This document shows, piece by piece, positions 28,220-42,941 of a DNA stretch of 64,000 nt (positions are counted from its first letter, which is position 1; the number at the start of each line of letters is the position of its first letter). The position numbers and the translations under genes were made by a program. The stretch is from the human T2T-CHM13v2.0 reference genome, Homo sapiens: assembly GCF_009914755.1 (NCBI RefSeq), contig NC_060925.1. The stretch is one strand, 5' to 3'. The notes below the pieces were generated by a model, which saw only the letters and a list, made by a program, of their open reading frames with translations, was not told the DNA's origin and did not search any database.

Positions 28220-28545
28220 GCAAGGAAGAAGAAAGAAGCTCCCCCTGTACAGAGACAGAGGGAGGGGGTGATCCAAAGCCGAGAGAGGAAACCGCGAGTA
28301 CAGCAGAAACCAGCCAGTTACATGAGGAGGCTGGAATAGGCGGTGTCTGATTTGCATAGGGCTCAGGGGATTGGTTTGACTAATTCATTCCTTTTTATGG
28401 CTGAGTAGTATTCCATCGTATGGAGTATGCCACAGTTTCTTTATCCACTCGTTGATTGACGGGTATTTCAGTTGGTTCCACATTTTTGCAATTACAAATT
28501 GTGTTGCTATAAACATGCATGACCAAGTATCTTTTTCACATATGA
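28220..28545 (-). mobile_element. Probable ERV LTR fragment (~28220-28380) abutting an antisense L1 3' fragment (~28381-28545)
   Basis: The first part carries an octamer ATTTGCAT (28350-28357) and ATTGG (28370-28374). The second part is typical antisense L1 (ctttttatggctgagtagtattccat...ttatccactc). Confidence 0.55.
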
Positions 28546-29793
28546 GCTGGGTTTTGAAGCATAAATAGGAAAGGAGAAAAGTGCCCAGGAAAGAAAGTTA
28601 CAGCTGAGAAATATTTAACTATTAACTTTTTTCCCCCTGTTTAGTAGAAATGCCCATCTATCTGGATTTTTTTTTTTTTTTTTGAGACGGAGTTTCACTC
28701 TTGTTGCCCAGGCTGGACTGCAATGGCATGATCTTGGCTCACCGCAACCGCCGCCTCCTGGGTTCAAGTGATTCTCCTGCCTCAGCCTCCTGAGTAGCTG
28801 GAATTACAGGCATGCACCACCACGCTCGGCTAATTTTGTATAAACATGTGAGCCACCTCGCCCGGCTCATCTATCTGGATTTTAACAGGAAATAGCTTGG
28901 CCAAACTTGCAACACTCCAAGTTATATGAAGTAGAATTTGAGAACTCCTGGTTACTGGGACACTCAAGAAGGGGCTGAGTGAAAGGGACAGGTGGCAGGA
29001 AGAGAGCCCAATGGTTCCAGAAGGCAGAGAGAGAAGAGACCATTTAATAGCTGTGGGACCCATCACAGGCTTAAGGCTCCCAAAAGAGATGGGGAAGAAG
29101 GAGCAGGATGGGCAGGGGCACCTTATGTATGCCTTGGCCCTTGCCTGGAGCGCCGTTTCCTCTGCTCTCCACCTCTCCTGATAATATTGCCTTCTCCTGA
29201 AGAGTGAGGCCACCTTGGTGGTGCAGAAAAATCCCATGGTCTACACCTGAAGGCCTGGGTTCGAGTCCTAGTAACTATATGATCTTGTGGCCAGCTTCAA
29301 AACCTTTGCTTGCCACACTCTAGAGAGTGACTTGGCACTCAAGGCCCTTCTCTATCCTGATGACCCTTCCAATCTCATCTGCCCCACACCCCTTCTCACC
29401 TCAAACAGCCAAGCACTTCTCTGACTCTGTGCTGTCATAGATACTGCTCTTTCAGTCTGACGTTGTTGCCCTGACCCTCCTAGAGAATTCCCATTCCTCT
29501 TTCAAGATATAACTCCAGTATCACCTCACACCTCCAGAAGGCCTTGCCTGGCTGCTCAGGCTAGGTAGCAACTGCCTCTGGGTCTCTAGGAGGTAGCCCT
29601 GGAGCTACGTCAACTCCAACATCTAGACCACATCTGCTCTTGCCCTTTCCTATCAACTCCACAGAACAGCCAGAAGGATTTTTTTTTTGAGATAGTGTCT
29701 GTGTCACCCAGGTTGGAGTGCAGTGGTATGATCATAGCTCACTGCAACCTTGAACTCCTGGGCTCAAGCAATCCTCCTGCCTCAGCCTCCTAA

Positions 29794-30039
<246 letters not shown>

Positions 30040-30929
30040 TAACCAGGATGGTCTCGTTCTCCTGACCTTGCGATCTGCCTGCCTAGGCCTCCCAAAGTGC
30101 TGGGATTACAGGCGTAAGCCATCGCGCCTGGCCTAATTTTTTAATTTTTTGAAGAGACAGTTCTTGCTAGGTTGCCCAGGCTGGTCTTGAACGCCTGGCC
30201 TCAAGCAATCCTCCAGTCTTGGCTTCCCAAAGTATTGGGATTACAGGTGTGAGCCACCGGGCCCTGTCGAAAGAGATCTTTCTACAACAAAAGACTCATT
30301 GTGATACCTCCCTGCTAAAAAGAACCTTCATTTCTTGGTTTAAAGACCACAGTCCCTACTGTGGCCTACTAGGCTCTGTGTGATCTCACTCCCTCCTGCC
30401 TCTCCACCTTTCCCTCTCATCCTTTGTCCTCTCTGTTCCAACCAAATGAGGCTTCTTTGTTACTCAATGCACCATGTTCCTTTCCCCCCAGGACCTTTGC
30501 ACTTGTATGTTGCTTCATCCTGACCAATTTCTCCTCATTCTTCAGAGCTCAGCTCAAATCTCCCTTTTTCTGGAAAGCCCTCCATGGCCCTCCAGGCTAG
30601 TTTAGGTGGTACTCACCACAACAGTAATTTTAGAGCTATTTATAAATTATTTAATTCCTGTGTCTCCCTGGATAGAGATAATGCCCTCCTGTTCATCCCT
30701 GCCTAAGAATCACCTAAAGCAAAACTTGGCATAGAAAAGGTGCTCAGGAAGTTTTTGTTGATGACCACAGGAGTGCTTAGCCCTTACCACATTACATAAA
30801 ATCTGCAGTTTACCTGGTTTCTCTCACACCAGTCTGTGAGTTTCCAGAAAAAACTCACAGCCTGTGAGTACAGGATCCAGCCCCATGTTTGACATTTCAT
30901 GGGCTCAACAGGGGTTTTCTGAGCAGGGG

Positions 30930-31337
30930 GAGACATTGTGATGTGCTGCCCAGATCCCCCATCACTGAGGACTTAGGACAGACACCAGCTGCTAGGAGTG
31001 CTGTTAGCACAAAGCCTTTAATGTCAGCTTCTCCACAGACAGGGCCATCTTGGCCCTTGTTGCCCCACTTGCCAGGTGGCCCCACATCCAAGGACTGATA
31101 AAGGCAGGATGACCTGGCCATCTTAGCTCATCTGATGGGCTACTCTAGCTCTAGAGTCCCTGTCGAGTCAGCTAAAACTGTCTTGGGGCCTGCATGGAGC
31201 TCACTACTTTCCCCCTGTGCCACTCCTGTTCCCTCCCATCCTTCCCACGCCTGTTGATCCCAAGGGTGCTCCCTCATAAACATCCTGCACTCCAATCTCC
31301 ATCTCAGAATCTGCTTCCAGGAACCTAACCTGCAACA
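30930..31337 (+). mobile_element. ERVL solo LTR (LTR16-like) about 0.5 kb upstream of GPX7
   Basis: Start gatgtgctgcccagatcccc and end ctccatctcagaatctgcttccaggaacctaacctgcaaca resemble LTR16-family termini. Confidence 0.65.
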
Positions 31338-31679
31338 GGCCCACGGTCCTCTCTTCTTCTCCCAGCCATCACTTTCAGGGAACATGCATTCATTCACCTG
31401 AAGTTTGCAGGCACCATTCAACTGTTAAAGTGTTTCGCATCCGTTTTTCTATTACTTCCATCCTATACCGACTAGCTCCACTTAACATGTGGAGAAACTG
31501 AGGTCGGAGTGGGGGCGTGACCAGGCCAGCCTAAGGCCGCTGCACTAATGAGAAGCTGAGCTCTCAGATTTTTGCCTCCCTGTCCCTGCCAAGTCGCTGT
31601 TTCCTGGGACAAGAGGGAGCCTCACTGAAACGAACTCCGGTCTCAGGGGACAGAATCCTGAAACCCTGGCTCTGGGGTC

Positions 31680-32420
31680 CGGGGCAGGGGTGCGCTGCCT
31701 CAGGACAGACGGTGAAACTGAGGTCCAGAGCCGGACATCCACCGCCTGCGGAGGGAACGAGAACGCGGCGCGTCCTGCCTTGCGGGCCGAGCGGCGCCAG
31801 AGCCGCCTCCTCCCGCCCCCCGCGCTAGATCCCCCCGCCCCGTCTTTGCCCTCGCGACGCCGCCACCTCCGGAACAAGCCATGGTGGCGGCTACGGTGGC
31901 AGCGGCGTGGCTGCTCCTGTGGGCTGCGGCCTGCGCGCAGCAGGAGCAGGACTTCTACGACTTCAAGGCGGTCAACATCCGGGGCAAACTGGTGTCGCTG
32001 GAGAAGTACCGCGGATCGGTGAGTGCGCGGGGTCTGGCGGCGCCGCTGGGCCCGGCCTCGCCCTGGCGGGGCCTGCTGGGGACGCCCCGCAGCCCGGTCC
32101 CCCGCGCGGTGTGGCTCCGAGGACGCTCCAGCCGCGCGGCCGCCAAACCCCGGCCCCCGCCCCGCTCGGCCGTGACCTCTGGCGCGGCGCCCCCATCCCG
32201 CGCCCGGCCCGGCCCGGCCCGCGGCTACGTGGCACGGCCTTGGCGCGGAGGAACCCGAAGCGCTCGCAGTCGGCGCCCACTTCGCTACCGGCACCTTTGG
32301 GCAGCGGGGTCCAGACCTTCGCCGGGAGGCCGGGCACCACTGCCCAGCCTTTGCCATTCACGGGTGAAAAAAGTAACCGTAGCATCGTGCGGCCTTTCCC
32401 TCTCCCGTCCTCATTTTCTG
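31680..32420. promoter_or_regulatory. GPX7: GPX7 CpG-island promoter with GC boxes
   Basis: High GC and CpG density against a CpG-poor background. CCCGCCCC boxes at ~31812 and ~31833. No TATA box seen. Confidence 0.92.
31881..32018 (+). CDS. GPX7: GPX7 coding exon 1 (aa 1-46: signal peptide and start of GPx/thioredoxin fold)
   Basis: Strong Kozak context (aagccATGg). Translates MVAATVAAAWLLLWAAACAQQEQDFYDFKAVNIRGKLVSLEKYRGS, with a hydrophobic signal peptide. Donor TCG|GTGAGT at 32019, phase 0. Lies in a CpG island. Confidence 0.98.
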
Positions 32421-34233
32421 CATCTGGAACGGGGAGTGGCTGATTCGGAGTCCAGTGAAGAACACTGTGGAGATCAATGTGCAGGGCAGAGAGAGAGTTA
32501 TTTCAGATGCACGGAGACCTCACACGGATCATCCCTGGGAGAGGGCACAAAGGCCCAGAGAGGGCAGGCATTCGCACAAGGTCACACTACACTAGAAAGA
32601 CGGGGCCTGGAAGAGAACCCCACCGCCACATCCGGGGTCCTCTCTAGGCCAAGTCCTTAGATGGCAGCTCAGGGGCACACATAAGAGTCATCCAGGCTAA
32701 TTGCCCCCTCATTACCAAGAGGGAATCTAAGCTCAGAGAAGACTTCGGAGAGGAAGGGTATCTGGGTTGAGTCTTTGAATACGAGTGGATTTTAGCAAGA
32801 CTAAGAAGCAAACAGCAAGAAGGGGGTGGGGGGGCGCGGGGCCAGGAGTTCCAGCTGTTGTGCTTCAAAGAGTCTAAAGCTGGAGGCTACGAGTGGTGGA
32901 AGATGAGGCTGAAACGACTGGCAAGGGAGCAGGCGGGACCTTGAACACTACATTGAGAGGCCTGCATGTCACATTATGTGCAGTGAAGAACTCCCAGAGT
33001 GGACCTCTTCAGGATGGACCTGGGGACTGGTGTGAAATGGCTGGGGAGTTGAAATCTAATGAACAGGTGGGCCAGCGTCCAGTTTTGGATGAACCACACA
33101 AAAATAGATGTCAACATTTTTCTCCTGGGAGCAACACCATCTTTAGTGAAGACCAGTACTCTATAAGCCTTGAAATTTTCGATTATGCTGGGAGTCTTGG
33201 GGACAGTAATCCCTGCTTGATTGTCCCCCAGAGTGTCGTGAGTTTCAAATCAGATGAAGGCGTGGATGCACTTAGTAAACTGTAGAGTGCTTTGCACCTG
33301 TGTTTGGTGGATCCCAGCAGGAACTTCATTTAGAACTCTGGGCAAAGAACCAAGAACAGGGCCCGCTCCAATTCAGGCCTCCTGTTCTCTCTAGGGCAGC
33401 TCACCAGAGAGCCCCAGGTTTAGCGTCTGACCAGCTCTGCTACTTATTAATTCGTTGTTCATTATTGAACACCTACTGTATACTAACTAGATACTAGGTC
33501 AGGCCCTGGGGATACAGTGGTGAACAAAACAGATACATTTCCACTAAATGGAGCTTACATGGGGTAAGGAGAAGAAAGACAATAAACAAGGAACTGAGAA
33601 ATGCACGAGGTAATTCCTAGTAGTAGTAAGTGCTAAGACAAAAATAGAACAAGGTCACACAGCTAGTAAGACAGTAAGAATTTGAACCCAGACAGTCCAG
33701 CTCCAGAGTCTATGCTCTTAGTTGCCAAGTTCAGCAGTAAACCAGGGAACAGGGAGTCCAGAAAAGCTGTAATTGGTGCTGAGTTAACCCAGGCTAGGCT
33801 TGCTGCTTGGGCAATATGCTCATTCCTTCACCTGCAAACATTTACTGGCTCCTACTACATGTCTGACACTGGGTCCAGCTCTGATGACATAGTCATGAGC
33901 AAGATTGACATGGTTGATGCCCTCAGGCTAATTGGGACCATAGTCATTTAGACCAGTATGGATGAATGGGTGACCACTTGGGAATGTGTGGGGTTATGTG
34001 TAGTGTGTGCCTTTGTGAATGGTTTACTTCTTCTGTGTACAAATCTGAGTCTGTGTCTGTGCTTGTATATGTACATATGTAAATTAACTGTGTGTACTTG
34101 GGTGTGTCTGTCTGTGTTTTGGTTTCTAAGGACCAAGCTTTTTGGTTTCAGGGATGGAACTAGAAGCCAGATTTTCCCCCTTCCAAAAGAGCGGGCAGAC
34201 ATGCAAGTTGTGAGTTAAAAATAAGCAAGCTTT

Positions 34234-34627
<394 letters not shown>

Positions 34628-34769
34628 TCACCATTCCAGGCACAGTATGGTGTATGCTGACCTCAAATTGAGGAGGTTGTTCTAATAGCCAGTGGCCCCA
34701 GGCATGGGTCCTTTCTCACCTGGTGGAGGTAGGGTACAGGAGGTACAGCTCAGTGGTTCAATCATCTAG

Positions 34770-34955
34770 CCCAGTAGTTCTCAACTAGGAGTGATTATTC
34801 CCTTTAGGGCACAATTGGCAATGTCTGGAGACATTGTTGATTGTCAAGACTGGGCATCTAGTGGGTAGAGGCCAGGGATGCTGCCAAACATCTGATAATA
34901 AATAAACAGGACATCCCCCCGACAACAAAGAATTATCTGACCCAAATGTCAATTA
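34770..34955. mobile_element. MER20 (hAT-Charlie) in GPX7 intron 1
   Basis: cagtagttctcaact...tggcaatgtctggagaca...ggcatctagtgggtagaggccagggatgctg...caaagaattatctg. Confidence 0.8.
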
Positions 34956-35744
34956 TGGAGGATAGGGCTAGGCTGCCTAGGCACCGGCTAGGGTTTTAAA
35001 TCCATTAATAATATATACCTAGAAGCTAAAAACATAGCATTTGAGCCAAAATTCTAATCAAAGTCTTATAATCAAGTTCCATTAGCCAGCTTTGTATTTA
35101 TTGCCTAAAGGCTTTAATAAATTTAAGGATTAGTCTAATGATAAAAGAAAGTGGTAGGCTGGGCATGGTGGTTCATGACTGTAATCCTAGCACTTTGAGA
35201 GGCTTAGCTGGTAGGATTGCCTGAGGCTAAGAGTTTTTGAGTCCAGCCTGGACAACATGGCGAGAACTGTCTCTACCAAAAGTAAAAATTAAAAAATTAG
35301 CCAGGTGTGATGGCACGTGCCTGTAGTCCTAGCTATTTGAGAGGCTGAGGTGGGAGGATCACTTCAGCTCAGAAGTTTGAGACTGCAAACGGTTGGGGGG
35401 ATGTCCTGTTATGATTATGCCATTGCTCCAGCAGCAACAACAACAAAAGTGGTGTTAGTTCTCTGGAGAGGAGGGGGACAAAAAGGTGATTGCCCTGGAG
35501 TTATGAGGGTTCTTTTCTCAAGAAAACCTGTGTCTATGTTCCCATGCAGGCGTTTGTGTTTGTGTGCACACTTACTCATTCATCTGAAACTTACTGAGAC
35601 TTTTTCATATGCCAGGCCCAGAGATGAAGTGGACATAGCTCCTGCCCTCAGTAGGTTCACATTCTAGAAGGGAGACTGACACAGTGCAGAGTGGCGAGTG
35701 CTAGCTGACTGAGCCAAAAATTGAGCCCAGGTCTCCCTTTGTAC

Positions 35745-36105
35745 CCCCTCTTATCAGTTCTCAGTATGTGCTCACCAGTATGTGTGCCCCAGTCTGTGGA
35801 TGTGCTGTGTGTGTGGGCATGTGTGGTGTTTGCTAACATGTTTGTATCGTGGTGCATGTGCATACCTATTTATGTATGTTGTATACTTATGTTCACAGAT
35901 GTTCATGTATGTGTGCACACATCTGTAAGCTCCTGAATGTTTGATTTCATATGTGCCTGTCTGTGTGCATGTGTTTGTGTATGTGTGAGAGCACTGGACA
36001 CACATTTACATATGTGTACACAGTGTTCTTGTATGTGTGAGGCAGTATTAACTGTTGAGGGAGTCACATATGTGGATGTGTCAGGGCATGTACAGGTTCA
36101 TGCCT
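35745..36105 (+). repeat. Degenerate (TG)/(TGTA)-rich low-complexity tract before GPX7 exon 2
   Basis: Long interrupted tgtg/tatg runs. A smaller similar tract lies at ~33985-34120. Confidence 0.8.
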
Positions 36106-36153
36106 CTTCACTGGCTTGTCTGGGCTTTGTTTTGTTTTGTTTCTGTCATACAG

Positions 36154-36415
36154 GTGTCCCTGGTGGTGAATGTGGCCAGCGAGTGCGGCTTCACAGACCA
36201 GCACTACCGAGCCCTGCAGCAGCTGCAGCGAGACCTGGGCCCCCACCACTTCAACGTGCTCGCCTTCCCCTGCAACCAGTTTGGCCAACAGGAGCCTGAC
36301 AGCAACAAGGAGATTGAGAGCTTTGCCCGCCGCACCTACAGTGTCTCATTCCCCATGTTTAGCAAGATTGCAGTCACCGGTACTGGTGCCCATCCTGCCT
36401 TCAAGTACCTGGCCC
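36154..36415 (+). CDS. GPX7: GPX7 coding exon 2 (catalytic Cys57, Cys86, Gln92)
   Basis: Pyrimidine tract plus CAG acceptor at 36151-36153. Encodes the GPx signatures VNVASECGFT (TGC at 36184-36186 = Cys57, the Sec-equivalent site) and LAFPCNQFGQQE. Donor C|GTAAGT at 36416. Length 262 nt, phase 0 to 1. Confidence 0.98.
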
Positions 36416-37244
36416 GTAAGTCCTGGTCTCTTCATCCCCTCACACCTCCCTTAGCTGGCTGAGGCCATGGCTCCCTGGGCAGCAGAAGCCACTGGCTGGT
36501 TGGGTGACCTGGGGCCCCTTCCCCTTCCTGATCATCTCAGGTGGACTGATGCTTTGTTCCAGCACTAATCTTTGAGGAGAGTGGAGGCAGGTAGAAGCTG
36601 AGGGGTATTCCTGCCTAAGAATATCTCCATACCTGCTGCCTCTCACTTGTCCCTCAGAAGTCACTCTTTTGGACTTTTCTGGGATCCTGTTTTCACATTC
36701 AGGGGCTCCTAGAAGGAGACATTTAAGTCAGTGTGAACTAGATGAGTTTATGGACATATGATGGAGAAACCAAGGCATAGACAGGGGAGGCCACCTGCTT
36801 GGAGAAAGCTGACCAAGATAGTAGACAGGCATCTTCACCCTGAGTCAGTGGCGGAGTCTGTAGGCCATGGAGGGAGACCTTCTAAGCTAAAATACCAGAT
36901 CTTAGTATTTGAGAACAAGATCCCTTCTCCAGCTGCAGAAGCCTCAGAGCCACAGAATGGGCTCATGGGCTAAGCTTGCCATTCTGACCATTTCTTCCCT
37001 CAGGCCTTCTCCTCTGGAGGCCCCATTTTTGCCTTTTCTGATTCCGTGCTTCTGGTGGCCTTTGTATCCCTTGCCACCACCCCACCCTGCAACCCATTCA
37101 CCTGGAGGAGTAAATGAGAAGCAAGAGTGCAGCAAACAAAAGGTCCCTTACTGCGGCAGGTTTGTGTTTTGCTCTGTGGCTCAGTCCTAATGTTGATTTT
37201 TTTCTCTGTGTTCTTTTATTAGTTCCTTCCCAGTTCTCACAGTT

Positions 37245-37645
37245 ATAGATCAAACCCGGCCTTGCTTTTAGAAGCACCTGGGGAGCTCTTAAAAATGCAC
37301 AAGGCTGAGACCTACTGAAGCAGGGCCCAAGAATCTTTATTTTAAGCACTCCCCTGACCCCCAGTGATTCTGATGAAACCAGTCCATGGACTAACATTTG
37401 GAAACCATTAAAACTGAACTAGAGAATAGGGTGTAGACTATTCAGTAGTTCGAAGTCATTAATAAAGGAGGATTTGATACCACTTTATCAAGCACGTCAC
37501 AGAATCCTACAGCAGTCGTTCTCAACCTCGGCCCCACTTTGGAATCTCCCAGGGGGCTTTTGAAAAATGCTGATGCCTGAGCCTCACCCTCAGAGATTCT
37601 GGTTGGAGTGGTCTGGGGTGTGGACTGGGCATCAGTATTAGCTGC
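37245..37645. mobile_element. Two MER5-family (hAT-Charlie MITE) copies in GPX7 intron 2
   Basis: gaagcacctggggagctcttaaaaatgc...cccagtgattctgatg (~37245-37410) and cagtcgttctcaac...tgaaaaatgctgatgcctg...agagattct (~37512-37645). Another copy lies at ~23515-23695. Confidence 0.65.
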
Positions 37646-37731
37646 CACCAGGGAAAGATGGACACTGAGAGTGAAGTCCCAGGAGAGGGTACGCAGGGTA
37701 GCACGCTTTGCTCTCCTTCCTTTTTCTCTAG

Positions 37732-37895
37732 AGACTTCTGGGAAGGAGCCCACCTGGAACTTCTGGAAGTACCTAGTAGCCCCAGATGGAAAGGTGGTAG
37801 GGGCTTGGGACCCAACTGTGTCAGTGGAGGAGGTCAGACCCCAGATCACAGCGCTCGTGAGGAAGCTCATCCTACTGAAGCGAGAAGACTTATAA
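37732..37895 (+). CDS. GPX7: GPX7 coding exon 3 (WNFWKYL motif, C-terminal REDL ER-retrieval signal)
   Basis: Acceptor ctctccttcctttttctctAG ends at 37731. Encodes (Q)TSGKEPTWNFWKYLVAPDGKVVGAWDP...LKREDL, stop TAA 37893-37895. The three exons total 564 nt = 187 aa + stop, in frame. Confidence 0.98.
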
Positions 37896-38199
37896 CCACC
37901 GCGTCTCCTCCTCCACCACCTCATCCCGCCCACCTGTGTGGGGCTGACCAATGCAAACTCAAATGGTGCTTCAAAGGGAGAGACCCACTGACTCTCCTTC
38001 CTTTACTCTTATGCCATTGGTCCCATCATTCTTGTGGGGGAAAAATTCTAGTATTTTGATTATTTGAATCTTACAGCAACAAATAGGAACTCCTGGCCAA
38101 TGAGAGCTCTTGACCAGTGAATCACCAGCCGATACGAACGTCTTGCCAACAAAAATGTGTGGCAAATAGAAGTATATCAAGCAATAATCTCCCACCCAA

Positions 38200-38320
38200 G
38201 GCTTCTGTAAACTGGGACCAATGATTACCTCATAGGGCTGTTGTGAGGATTAGGATGAAATACCTGTGAAAGTGCCTAGGCAGTGCCAGCCAAATAGGAG
38301 GCATTCAATGAACATTTTTT
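38200..38320 (+). mobile_element. MIR fragment in the GPX7 3'UTR
   Basis: MIR core-like sequence ctgtaaactggg...acctcatagggctgttgtgaggatta...aaagtgcctaggcagtgcc. Confidence 0.7.
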
Positions 38321-38496
38321 GCATATAAACCAAAAAATAACTTGTTATCAATAAAAACTTGCATCCAACATGAATTTCCAGCCGATGATAATCCAGGCCA
38401 AAGGTTTAGTTGTTGTTATTTCCTCTGTATTATTTTCTTCATTACAAAAGAAATGCAAGTTCATTGTAACAATCCAAACAATACCTCACGATATAA

Positions 38497-38502
38497 AATA
38501 AA
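38497..38502 (+). terminator. GPX7: GPX7 distal poly(A) signal AATAAA (cleavage likely ~38520)
   Basis: Canonical hexamer ~600 nt after the stop codon, just before the downstream Alu cluster. A second AATAAA lies at 38350-38355. Confidence 0.75.
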
Positions 38503-38626
38503 AATGAAAGTATCCTCCTCATTTTCCATAGTCTCCCTCCCTAGAGGTAAACAGTGTTAGCAGTTTGGTACAAAGGCTGCCAGGCCTTTGGTTAAGCCAA
38601 TCATTATTGCCCAATAAGAACTCAGT

Positions 38627-41175
<2,549 letters not shown>

Positions 41176-42689
41176 ATGGGGTGATGGGCAGAGTCACTGG
41201 TAGATAATTCATTGGCCAATAAGAATTTCAGGTGTACTTTATCTAAGGTCACTCTTCTAGAAGTCTGGAGACTCAGATTCAAGTTCCTGTTGTGCCCCTG
41301 ACTCACAGCAAATTCTTCCCTCTCTCCTGTCCTCCGTTTTCTCACTGGACAATGAAAGGGTTAAACCGTGCTTAGGATTTTCACAGTCTCCCTTCATGGT
41401 GCTTCTCAAAAGCTAACAAAAGTAAAGTGAAGGCTGTCCATGGGGTGACCACAGCCCCTCCTATGGTGGCCTCTCAGCTGCCCTTACACACCCTCCTCTT
41501 AGCTGCAGCTCTGCATGTACTTGTGTGCATGCACACACACACAGTGAAGCCCAGCTTGCACACATGTTCACACTGGACATCTGGGAACCACAGTCTCCTG
41601 CAGCTACCTTCCTCCCTCCATACCCACTGTCTCCACCACCCGTATGTATGCCTCCCCTCACTGTGCCCACCAAGGCCATCACTTAGTGCCTTATCGTTAA
41701 AGCCAATGAATATCTCTCACCTTGTCTTCCTTGACCTCTCAGCTGCATGTGACACTGCAGACTCTGCTCTTCTCCCTGGCACTTGCTCGGTCCTTGGCGT
41801 TCCTCTGTCTTCTCTTAGTTTCCCCCATCTCTCTAAGTGTTCCTTCGTTCTCAGTGTCAATGTCTCTCCCTTCTCTATCCACCCCTTCCCTGTTGGTCTT
41901 CCATGGGGTTCTAGTCTGATCTAGTTTCTCACCCCATATACCGTTCTGTAGCCAGCTCATTTTTTCCCATGGTTTTGACCACCATCTACACCCTGCTGAC
42001 ACCCAAATCTCTATATCCATGCAGGACTCCCATCCACCTGCCTCCTGGGCATCTCTACAGATACCTCAATTCAACATGGCCAGAACTAAATTCACCCTCA
42101 TCTTTCCCCAACACATCTGCTCTCCCTTCCATTCTGCCTTGGCAGCCCCTGGAGCTTTCTCTTTCACACACCACTTACTTATCACACTCTATTCCCATCA
42201 CTTAAGAAACTGCCCTCCCTTCCCTCTCCTGAGCACAGTGCTAGGCCCTTAATAGATGAAATTAAATTATGTCATAAGCCTTTGGAGTACCAACTCCATG
42301 CCTGCTCCTGCCTAAGCCCTATCTGGAAACCAAAGATGAGCAAGCCCATTTCCTCAGAAATTTAGAGTCCGTCTGAGGACCTTACGCTCCCAATTAGCCC
42401 TGTGTTTCTGTGGACTTTATCAGCTTCTGCTGTTCCCAACCCCCCTCTAATACATGCAAGAGTCCCCTAGGAAAAAGTTACTTTAAATCCTTATCAACAG
42501 TCACCTTAGTCATTGGTTAACCAGTATCTGCTAAGATCTTGGTTTTAAATTAATCCCTTGGTTATCAAATAACACTTGAGTAGTTAATATTTGATTATCT
42601 ACTAACACCACCTTAGTTATCTTCTAACACCTTATTTACAAGCCAAATACTTTATTTATTCAGTTATATCTTAGGATTTAGTAGTTTAA

Positions 42690-42941
<252 letters not shown>

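Noticed and set aside
31545-32660. Long overlapping ORFs (270, 259, 178 aa) at the GPX7 5' end
   Set aside because: These are stop-poor frames of a GC-rich CpG island. The 259-aa ORF is exon 1 reading into the intron.
35706-35714. ARE-like TGACTGAGC in GPX7 intron 1
   Set aside because: It lacks the 5' purine and 3' A of a strong NRF2 site and is expected by chance at this length.
37896-38520. Selenoprotein or SECIS element in GPX7
   Set aside because: The catalytic codon is TGC (Cys57) and there is no in-frame TGA. The only hairpin-like ATGA segment (~38221) is MIR-derived.
41522-41537. 16-bp palindrome TGTGTGCATGCACACA
   Set aside because: A trivial junction of TG and CA microsatellite runs.
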